Assembly (NCBI GenBank): GCA_004431415.1
Contig: QPMI01000437.1
Span: 310,001-374,000, forward strand
DNA: 64,000 bases
Source: Cyanophora paradoxa CCMP329
Taxonomy: Eukaryota; Plantae; Glaucophyta
Reading direction: 5' to 3'
The notes below the pieces were generated by a model, which was not told the origin of the DNA, searched no databases, and saw only the letters and a list, made by a program, of their open reading frames with translations. Numbering within the stretch: position 1 is the stretch's first letter; each line of letters opens with the position of its first letter. A program made the position numbers and the translations under genes. Of this stretch, positions 25,231 to 35,298 are shown one piece after another.

Positions 25231-26244
25231 CGAAGTGGATGGGCATTAGCAAGATGGGGACCTGCCCCATCAAAATCAACGCATTAATCAAAGGAGCTCA
25301 AGTGCGAACAACTGAGGGCGAATTCGGACCGTCACGGGCCGTACGCCGCGGAAGACGGTGAACTGCGCGACAGCGCGCGGCGTGACGAGGCCCTCGACGG
25401 TCACGTGGTTCGGTACCTGATAAATGATCAGGGCACGCATATGTAAGCTTTTCTTAGATCTAGACGACCAAGCTGAGCTTTCTCTCTTGCTGTAAGCTTA
25501 AGCTTTCAAGAGTTCCGCGCACCCGAATCAGGTAGCTTGTCGCGACGGCGAAGGCGAGGCGGGCGACGAGGCGGAACTCGACGGCGGCCTCGGTCGCGGC
25601 CAGGCGGCAGTCCTCGCAGCGCCACGTCACCCTGCGGAGCCGATCCGAGGAAGTCAACTACGCGATCGGCATCGGCATCGGGCGAAAGCTGAAGGGCTCA
25701 CAGGCAGCTTCGCTGGGAAGCGTTGTAGCGCGCCTCTGCGACTGGCGCCGGCCCCGGCGGGGCGCCGTCTTCTTCGGGCCCCACGCCGCTCGTCAAGACG
25801 TACACTCCCGCTGCGAGCGCGATCGCGATGGCTTTTAATTAGAAGATCTAAGAGCGCTCTGGTCGTTCAAGCTAAGCGGGATATATAGGAGTTCGAGTCG
25901 AGTGCTGACCACGGCCGCCGGCCGTTGCGTTCCTTGTGCTGGCGCTGTTGGACGCGACCTTCTGCACTTCGCAAGGACCTGACGGAACGGCGCGCGAAGA
26001 AGCGTTACTTTCGCAACAGGCGCGAATCTCGAAACCAAACAATTCTTGCAAGGAGCGCGCCTGCGAAGCCGATGAAGGAGACGGAGAGTTCGAAGGCGCC
26101 GTGGATATCCCCGGCCGAGGGGGAGGACCCCGCGCTCAGGCTCTGCACGATCTGGTAGTTCGCGATCGCCTGCGATACAGAATTCGAAGAGCTCAGTACA
26201 GAAGGTGCTCTCGATTTCAAATTATGATAAGACGCTGCTAATCG

Positions 26245-29200
26245 CTACTCGCGGTCCAACGCTATATATAAATAACCGGTCGGACTGCGCACGTATTGCA
26301 GAACGACGTAGCCGACGGCGACGGCGGCGAGGGCCAGGCCGAGCAGCGCGAAGACCGAGCCCACAACCGACCGCGACCGCGTCGTCGAAGTCTGCTCGGG
26401 CGCCGAGTCCAATTCCGAATCGTGATCTTCCGAAGCCGCGCGCGCAATGCCGCTAGATCCGGATCCGGATCCGCAGCCGTAAATATCAGTCGAGCTCCTC
26501 GAGCTCGGGGCTCCAAGCTGCGCATGCAGCTGCCGCTGGCGCCTAGCCGCCTCCTCCTCCTCGATTTCCTCCGCGAGTACCTTGCGCCGTTCCGAGATGA
26601 AATCCCTGTAGAGAACGTCCAGCTTCCGCACCTGCCAAGAGCGTCGGAGCGGGGAGGGTCGCGGCAAGATCGAGGTCGTATAGCTGGCAGTTTCTACGGA
26701 CCCGGGAGCGCCGCTGCTGCATGACAGCCTCCGACTTGGATTTCGACGGGAACTGCACGCGCACGCGTACGGGCGCGCGAGCGCGCAGTCAGCGCATGTC
26801 GAAGAAGTGGAGGCTGTATACATGCGCCGAGAGAAAGATAGCAACCTTTACATAGAAGAACACGGCGGCGCCGACGAGGACTAAGAGGGCACCGACGCCA
26901 ACGACGAGGGCCGCGAGGGCGTAGTTCAGGCGCCGCGTCGCCGGCCCCTCGACCTTGATCTCCTGCTCGCGTGGCATAAGTGCAACGAAATACTTTTCTG
27001 ATTGAATGTATTGGGACGTTTACCGCTCGGGTCACGTTCGCACTGTTGGTGTCCAGTCTGACTGATTCCGTCCGGTACGAGACGCGCGTGTCGACGTCCG
27101 TCGCCGTCAACGCAGCGAAGAAGCCCTGCTGCAGCAGCCGCCGTACGCGTGCACGTGCCCGTCCGAGGCCGAGCGCTAGCGCTGAGGTCTGCGAGCTGGC
27201 TGTACCTCCGAAAGCCTCCGAGATGCTCTGCGCAATGACGGCGCGGAAATCCACCACCTCGACCGGCTCTGCCGTCGCGACCGGGCTGCGCGTCCGGGAA
27301 TTCGAGTTCGAATTCGAAATCGAGTCGCAATCGGGCCACTCGCGGATCGATATGTATTAAGGCGAATCCCAGAACGGACCAGAGCTGGGTGGATCGGCAG
27401 GCGAGGCAGGACGAGGCTGCTTCCGCGGGCGCGTAGAAACCGGGCGAGCTGCGGGCCGACATTATAAATCCGGCCCGACCCTGCGCTAAATAACGCAGAG
27501 CTTCGAATTCGGGAAGCCACGCACCAGGGAGTGCAGTAATCCTGGCTCGAGTTGCGCGCCGTCCCTGCGAGACGGGATCCACGATCAGTCGGGTGAACGG
27601 ACACAAATTAAAGCCCCCGAGCTTGCAAGCGTGTGTACACGTTAAAACGTTGCGACCTACCTTTCGCGCATGCAACGCACGCCGTCAGGGACTCGTCAGA
27701 CTGCGCAAAAACATGTTTCGATGAATCGAAAAACCATCCAGAGAATACGAACCACAGAGCCGACGCCGCAGTTCGAACACTCCGTTGATCCTGGAATCGA
27801 CGAGACGGAGTTGCCTGCATTCGACAAATCAAATCAGCACGGACGGCGAGGCGGCATTTAGATCGAAGCGGGGGCTCAAGGGAGGCGGGGCTCCAGGGGG
27901 GGGGGGGGGGGGGGGGGGGAACAGGAAAACGCACGAGGGCAGGTCAGGCACCACGTAAAGTTCCTCGAGACGGGGAGATACTGGGAGGCGGGGCACGGCT
28001 CGCAGGCGGTGCGCGTCGCATCGGCGACGTGGCCGTCCGGACAGCGCACGCAGGCGTCGTCTGTGCATGCACGAAAATTGCGAGTTCAACGAGTAATGCC
28101 TAACATAAGTGAAGTCATGATCATGATCAAGAGAGCACCTCCGGGTTTAGAATTCGAAATGGCACGGTGCGGGCAGAGAAGACACTTTCCACCCGCAGGG
28201 TAGCGGCCGCCCGGGCAAGCTGATCCGACGAACAGAGCGGGTGAGAAGGAGCGATGCAAGGAAAATTAATCTTTAAACCCGATTCCAAATGCGCGTAAAC
28301 TTGCCAGTGCAGTCGGCGCCATTCTCGCTTGGGACTTGGCCGGTAGGGCTGCAGCGAGAGATCGAAGTCAGCTGCAGGTGAGAACAAGCGAAAGTTACTA
28401 AACATAAGCTATCTATCTGGCTCTCGGGCCGGGGAAGCTCTTGAAATCCGCTGCTGGGCTAGCCATGGGCACCAGGAGCTGCAGGACTCGGAACCAAAGA
28501 AGCGGGAGACGCCCCCCCCCCGTGCACTTTAGGCAGCGTGTCACGCCGCTGTCGAAGGGGCGGAAGAATCCCTGAGCCGAAATAAGAAGTCGCGATTAGT
28601 TTAGGATAAGATGAAGGCGTAGGGATCGGCCGCGGGGGGGGGGGGGGGGGGGGGGGGCGGGGCGTACGGGGGGACAGGGGTAGCAGGTCTGCCCATCTGG
28701 TGAGGCCGTGAAGCCCCCAGCGCAAGAAGCGCACGCCCCCGCGGTGCCCTCGTTTTGAGCCACTGTTCCCGCGGGGCACTGCGAAATTAAAGAGCGCTGC
28801 ATAAGCTCCAGATAATCAAAACAATGCGAGAGCCAAATTGCAATGATCACTTTCTGACAATAGTTGGTGTTGTTCGCCATGTAGGAGCCTGAGATGAGTC
28901 AAAAATCACGGCGATCAATGACGCAGCTCAACGGCTGCAGCAGAAATACTTCGTTCACACCTTTTTCGCAGAGAATGCAGGCGCTTGCCCCGTCATTCGC
29001 ATATGAGCCAAGCGGGCAAGCGAGGCAGCTGTAGGCGGTACCAGCAGGCGCCCACGTGCCCTGAAAGTTGCGCCGCTAAATATAAGCAGGCGGAGCGGGC
29101 TCTCAGGCCAGGGGGGCTCTCAAGCTGCAAGGCAAACCGGAACGCAGGGGATGCAGACGCTCTGTGTTTGAGGCCTGAAAGTTCCGGCGGGGCAGGCCTT

Positions 29201-32025
29201 ACAGCTGGAGCTGAAAATGCGATCAGAGACAGCATTGAAGTTTCGATTAAGCTTAAGAATTGTTTCGGTAGCGCTTACCGTTCGTTGATTGCCAAATGCC
29301 CATCCGGACAGGGGGTACATTCGCTCGAGCCCGGCTGCTCAACGTTGAAATTGTCACGTGCACGTGGATTCGAAGCGAAACGGGTACCCAAATTAAAGAC
29401 CCGCACCTTGCTGACGAATCCTTCCGCACAGGTAACACACGTGCCGTTCCTCTCGCGCGTCCCCGCCCTGCAGATCGCGCAGCCGACGCGGTCCTTCGTT
29501 GACTCCGTTCCGCTTGGGCTGACGCTTCGCGTGAGCGCGAGAAACAGCCCTATATATAGCTAGGGGCGCCGCAAGCTCTGAAATTCAAAGATTTCAAAGA
29601 CGCGCACCATATGTCGCACTCTGCTCTTCCCGGCGCACTGGCAAAGCTGCCGAACAGGCACTGCGCAAGTGTGCGGATTTACTTTTGCAAGACGCCAACG
29701 CGATGAAACTCGAGAATCGAATCTCAGTTGTTTAAAGCGTCAATGGCGAGTGCTCACAAGTTGACATGTCGACATGTCATCGGAGCGAAAGGTGCCGGCG
29801 GCTGCGAATCGGATGTCAGCTTAAGCTTTCCAGCTCGGCGCGCGGGGGTCGGGACGGACGGCAAGCAGAGCAGCTTTGGCGGTCGGACGCGGCGACAAAT
29901 CCAGCGTGGCTGCAATGAACAACATGTAAGCGGTCATCTATAAGCAAACATGCGAACGCGGGCCGGGGGCACCAATCAAGGCACAGTGGGGTGCCGGCCT
30001 CGGGCGCGTACGTGTTGCCCACGCAGTCCCTGCACCGCCTCTCGTACTCGCCCATTCCTTTGGGACAGGCCCGGCACGAGGTGCGCTCCGGGTTTGGCGC
30101 GTGCCCAGGGTCGCACGCCGTGTAGTTCCGCGAGGCGGGGAGCGCCGCCGCTCCATCGGGCACCGGGGCGCACTCCGCCATCGATTCGTGTCGGTAGAAA
30201 CCGCCCAGACATGCTGCGAATCGATGTGTCCGGTGAGAAGAAATGTCCAAAATGCGAGATCGGCCGCGGAAATTCAAAGCGCGCGCACGGACGCAGGACT
30301 GGCCGTCGACCGCGGAGGTGTAGCCTTCCGGGCACTTCTGGCACTCCCAGCTCCCCGGCAAGCTCGCAACCGAGTTCAGGGGGCAGACTAGACACGCGTC
30401 TCCGGACTGGTACATCCCTGCGTCGCCGGCGCCGCTTTAAATTCTACTTTCGAACGAGTTCGCAACCGAAACTATTACCGCGACGGACCTGAGGGGCATG
30501 GCACGCAGAAGCTCCTGTCCGCGTTCGGGACAAATCCCGGGTCGCATTCCGTGAAGGTTGCGCTCCCCTCGCTGGCCGACGCGCGCGGCGGGACCGCCGT
30601 GCAGTGCGTCATAGATCCGTTGCGGAATGTGCCACTCGGGCACCTGCCGGCGATTGCGATTCAAGACATCATAACGATGCGAAACGCTTTATTCATGTCG
30701 CACCGCACGCAAGAAGCGCTGTCGAGAGCGGATACGGTCCCGTCCGCGCATGCAGAGCAGCCCGCGCTGGCCGACGCCGATGCGTGCGTGTTGAGCGGAC
30801 AGGCGACGCAGCGGTCTTCGAGCTGCATCAAACGAAAAGTATGCGCATGCGCATGCGCATGCAATGTTGAGAATTCGAAGGGTAGACAAAACAGATTATA
30901 GCTATAAATTCGTACCTGATACGAGCCCGTGGAGCAAGGCTGGCACTCGGACCGCAGCGCGTTCGGAATGTATCCCGGCAAGCACGGCGACCAGGTGGCG
31001 GCGGCGCCGGGCGAGACCGATCGGGGCGGAGCCAGCTGGCACGTGGCATTCTCGGCTGAGCGATACGAGCCTGTCGCGAGCGAGAGTAGTCATAAGCCAC
31101 CGGCGCCGATGAATTCGAAGCTTTACTTAAGTGTTCAACGATGCGCGGACCGACGCCACAAGGCAAACAGGTCTGCAGGTCGGACGAAGCGACGAATCCG
31201 AGGCCGCACGGGGTGCAGGCCGAGGAGGCCTCCTTAGGCGCCACGTGGTTGAGAGGACAGATCTCGCAGCTGTTGTTCCGCTTGTAGGAACCCTGGGCGA
31301 GTGTTGCGGTCACAAACAATGTTCTGTAGTTCAGCCTAGCTATAGCCGCCGCTGGCCATGGGCGCTTTGCACACCTTGCGGCAAGCGACGCATGCCCACC
31401 TCGGAAGATCAGGCACGAACCCCGCCGTGCAATTTGAGTAGGTGGCCGAACCCGGCTGGGCGACGCTGCGCGCAAAGCGCTCTCAGAACTGTGCGAATCC
31501 AATCCGATGATCGGAGCTTTGGGCGATCTTCGTATTCTTACCTGCCATCCGGGACAGAGATGCAGGTGGGATCTGAAGCGCTCCTGTACGTTCCACCCTG
31601 CTCCCCCCCGTCAGTGTACGAAGCAGAAACTCTAAGCAAACGGTGACGACTGAGACTCACTGGGCAGGGCAAGCAGGATTGTCTGGGAAGGGCGATCGAG
31701 AGTCAGACGATTACAATGCAAATTGATTCAAAGGGTCGCTGTATCCGCGACATCTTGATATTGCAGCACTAAATTTCAATAGCATTGATACAGCAAATTG
31801 CGAACCGATCGGCTGCCGAGACGTGCCCATCGGGGCAGCGTGTGCAAGATGTCTGCCCGGGCATCGCAGCAACGCTGTTGAGCGGGCACAGCAGGCAGTC
31901 CATGTTCGCCTGCAGCTGGTAGGCGCCCTGTGCATGTACAGGTGCGCCCCTCCGAATTAAGTTTGGGCATGACGCCAGCGAGGCGCGCGCTTGCACGTGC
32001 ACGCACCTTAGGGCACTGGTTGCAA
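26245..32025 (-). CDS. 3' part of a large host Cys-rich (GCC2_GCC3 / ephrin-receptor-like repeat) membrane protein gene interrupted by the virus
   Basis: Many exons with CxxCPxG/N repeats (CLVCPLNSVASLPGSWECQKCPEGYTSAVDGQSC; CLLCPLNSVAAMPGQTSCTRCPDG), followed by TM helices YALAALVVGVGALLVLVGAAVFFY and VVGSVFALLGLALAAVAVGYVV. The 3' end is uncertain and may extend to ~23000. Confidence 0.8.
32020..32025. repeat. Left target-site duplication TTGCAA
   Basis: Identical hexamer at 60585-60590. Keeping one copy restores the host reading frame. Confidence 0.9.
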
Positions 32026-32308
32026 ACACATAGTAAAATGCGGAGTTTTAACCCTCGGCTTATCTTAATTGATTTTGTTGATATATCTCGTATATTCTAT
32101 TTCAATCAATCGATAATCTGTGTATATCTTATCGAATATTCAATTATTTCGATTATTTTGTATTCTTTTCGATATTTTATCGTAAATTTCTCTTATTTTC
32201 CGATTAGTCTTACTGAGTCAATCGATAATCTGTATATATTTCCGAATAATATAACTGAATCTCAATTAGATCTTGCCTCTGGTTAAAACTCCGCATTTTA
32301 CTATGTGT
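32026..32308. other. Terminal fold-back hairpin (28-bp perfect stem, 227-nt T-rich partly paired loop)
   Basis: 32026-32053 ACACATAGTAAAATGCGGAGTTTTAACC is the exact reverse complement of 32281-32308. Confidence 0.9.
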
Positions 32309-33072
32309 GATTGGTCTAAAAGGTAATTGATTTAATCGATATTATATTCATGTACTTTCTCGATTAAATTTAATTAAATTTAATTCATTTAATCGGAAAT
32401 ATATCGCTAAACTCGATTAAGATCCATAAATGATTCATTTGTTTATATTAATAAATCGATCTCTTATTGAATTCAATCGTAATTATACATGAAACTTATA
32501 TGATTTTATCATTGTTTTGTTGAGTCTAAGGGGGGACCCTTAGAAAATTGGGTGTCACAGGTGTCACAGGTGTCACAGGTCAATCCCAAGGAAAGTCCTA
32601 GTGAGAAATTGATTTTTAAAATCCACGGGATAGACCTGTGACACCTGTGACACATACCATATTCAGTAAGGACCTCATATATTGTGAAAATCTCAGTGTT
32701 AGTTGGTGTTAAATCTTTCAGGCAGCATTTATTTGTCAGGCATTAAATCTATCGATTTTCATAAAGTATTTTATTTTGGCTAAGTCATTGTTTGGATTAA
32801 CAATGAAATTTCAATTTTATAAAAGTTTTCTAAAAAGGTGCCTGACAATGCCTGACATACTATATAAGTGCCTGACAACTATATTATAGTGCCTGACAAA
32901 CCATATATGGTAATACTATATGATATCTTCTACTTTCTCAGTGTTAGTTGGTGTAGTTGACTCAAAAAATGCATTTATACTCTGATTCATTGTTATTTCC
33001 TGTGAAATTTGAGTCAACTCAACCCACTTAGTCAACCCTTGCATTGAATTCGTAACAAAATCCATATACTAT
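32026..33072 (+). repeat. Left terminal inverted repeat (1,047 bp; imperfect extension to ~33157)
   Basis: Reverse complement of 59538-60584. I noticed only two mismatches (near 32867-32869). Begins 5'-ACACATAGTAAAATGCGGAG. Confidence 0.95.
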
Positions 33073-33430
33073 TACTACTTTTACGATTAATATGAGTCAA
33101 CCTTGAGTCCACTTTAATATAAATATTATATAATAGGGGGAATCAAGGGGAGATGCTTATAAACATATGAATTATTGAGCCTATGATACTTACATCGTCA
33201 GGCAGGCCTCGTTAAGAGGATTCCGAATCTGTTTTTGGTTTTGTCACATGATGAGTTGGTGAAGAGATACATGCATTTTAGTGTTTTGTATGTGGTTTAA
33301 TGATATGATGTCATAATGCATGGGTTTTCGTCAACAGTTAAATGAACAGTTAAGTGGACACCGTTTCACGATAAACGAGTAGACACTGCCTACTCCCAAC
33401 AGGTGTCCACTTAACTGTTCACTTAATTGT
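32525..33430. promoter_or_regulatory. Cluster of iteron-like inverted/direct repeat modules (putative origin or protein-binding region)
   Basis: Hairpin TCTAAGGG-GGGA-CCCTTAGA; GGTGTCACA x3 / TGTGACAC x2; TCAGGCA x2 / TGCCTGACA x4; AGTTGACTCAAA / TTTGAGTCAACT; 20-bp IR TGAACAGTTAAGTGGACACC. The repeats are seen directly; the function is inferred. Confidence 0.55.
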
Positions 33431-33910
33431 TCGCAATTTGCTTCATTGTCTTTCAATAGCTTTCCCGCATATCTTGTTTTCAATTGTTGTTGCAGTACAC
33501 TATTACAATAGTTGTCTCGTTAACTGTTCACTTATCTGTTCGCTGCGGAAAAAAGACGATGACGGACGTGTTATGTTACGAAATGATGTCATAATGACGA
33601 TGCATATGTATATGATATATATGACACACCATCGAACTCGGGAGATCATGACGATCACGGCGATATATATATGTTATGTGTTTATGATACATCATTATTA
33701 CATCATTATGATGCATCATTCCGAAATCTCGAAAAATCGATAATCGGCATCTTCAAACGCTTGTATCTCATCACCAGATTATCAAATCGCAACGTTCTGC
33801 ATATCGCTGTGAAGCGCTTGAAAAGATCTACAAGACAATGTGTATATCATATGCATATATGTATATCAGTCATACATATATTTGGAAAAAACGAGTTTTC
33901 GGCTAGCAAA

Positions 33911-35295
33911 CTAGCTAGTTTTGGTCCTCTCTCTTAGTGTTCTTTGAGGTTTAGGGGCTGTATATGACTCCTTAGTAGTCTGAAAGTCATTATACCATCT
34001 CTGGCTATTCACTTCTGAAAGTTTCTGTGTTCCTGCTATAGTGAGCTTTTTGAGTTCCCTGTTAACTTTCCCAGCCTTCTCCTTCCTAGCCTCTATCAAA
34101 GGCTTAACTGGGACTTCATTAGCAGCTTCTATGCCTTCTCTCCTTATAGCAGCATCAACCCTAGCTTCCTCTTTAGCTTGCTCTAAGGCATCCACTGTAG
34201 GGGCTTCCAGATACTCAACTGCATTCACAGGCAACAGCTCATGGAATGCAAACCTGTTATCTATGATCTCTCCAGTGGGACTCTTTAGCTTAAACTTAAA
34301 GCCTTCTCTACTATCAACAGTGTAAACCATCCTAGACCAATTGTTACCCTGTTTAGCAAAGGGGTTCTTCTCAACTTTCACTCTAACAAACATGCCAGGC
34401 TGCATGGTATCAAGGTAAGCTATTGATTTCTTGAATCTTTCATCTTCTAATCCCACTATATACCTATAATGATCCTCTGTAGTTTCACCTGGCTTCATCT
34501 TAGTAGCTGAGTGGACTGTATTATTGTAATTATACTCAATATCACCTAACACATCAAAGAATCTAGCTGTGTTATTAGCTATGCAGTAGTTTGTGATCAG
34601 TCTCTTAATCTGCTTGTTAAAGGCTTCAATTCGACCTTGGCTTCTGTGGTCAGCAGTTCCACTCACTTGGTGTTCTATGAATTTACTAGATAAATACTCC
34701 TGGAATATTCGATTTTGGAACTCACTTCCAGCATCTGATTGAACCTTTACTATTGGTCTTGCCACTCTCATCTCAAGCTGTTTAAATGCAGCCAATGTAG
34801 TGAGAGCTGATTTATCTCTTATAGGTATAATATACCCAGTTCTCAGTGTTGATTCCATTGCAGTCATAAATGTATCATAGCCATTGTTTTGTTTCTTATA
34901 AGCTGGGAAAAAGAGCAAATCAATCACATAGGTATCAAGGGGTTGCCTAATTGGGACCATGGGATCTCTCTTCCTAGATATAGCAGGTGCATTGATCTGA
35001 ACAACTTCTTGTTTTTATAGAACTCTTGCAACTGCTTATAGGATTCATCTGGTAACTCAGCCCTCATAGCTTGAAGCCCTTTATAACCAGTTCTCACATC
35101 ATAGAATCTCTTGGCAATCTTGTTGGTTTCTTTCACTGCAATAGCAACTGGGATCTCTACTGGGACAAGCTCTTTCATTTCAGACTTTTTGACAATTCGA
35201 GATTCCCCCTTTTCCTCCTTTGGAACTGTGATAGGCAGTAGGTTACCTTGTAGTTGCTCAGTGGTTCTCCTAACTATTCTTCCAGTTGCTGGCAT
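33911..35295 (-). CDS. Retroviral-type (rve, DDE) integrase; one -1 frameshift at ~35014
   Basis: Catalytic triad YVIDL / QSDAGSEF / GRIEAFNK, YNNTVHSATKMKP, and a Polinton-type C-terminal PGMFVRV…F.K…WS segment. ORF 34924-35295 joins 33911-34960 if one A is added to TATAAAAAC. Confidence 0.92.
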
Positions 35296-35298
35296 CTC

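Noticed and set aside
195-31900. Most long Arg/Pro/Ala/Gly-rich ORFs in the six-frame track (e.g. 13397-15004 -, 18474-19643 -, 292-1251 +)
   Set aside because: These are stop-poor shadow frames of GC-rich DNA, antisense or off-frame to real spliced genes.
32020-32025. TTGCAA as part of the TIR (TSD of 0-4 bp)
   Set aside because: Formally possible because the site is palindromic, but the inner copy of the terminal repeat stops at …ATGTGT, and 6 bp matches rve/Polinton integrases.
31930-32286. Near-identical ORFs at both junctions (31930-32286 + and 60324-60686 -)
   Set aside because: They start in host DNA and read into the T-rich terminal hairpin. The identity simply reflects the TIR.
32551-33430. 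CRISPR-like array in the TIR repeats
   Set aside because: Units are 9-12 bp, partly inverted, lack regular unique spacers, and no cas genes are present.
33160-33910. ORFs 33438-33743 and 33671-33937
   Set aside because: They have low-complexity ATG/CAT-rich translations and overlap repeat modules, so they are more likely non-coding.
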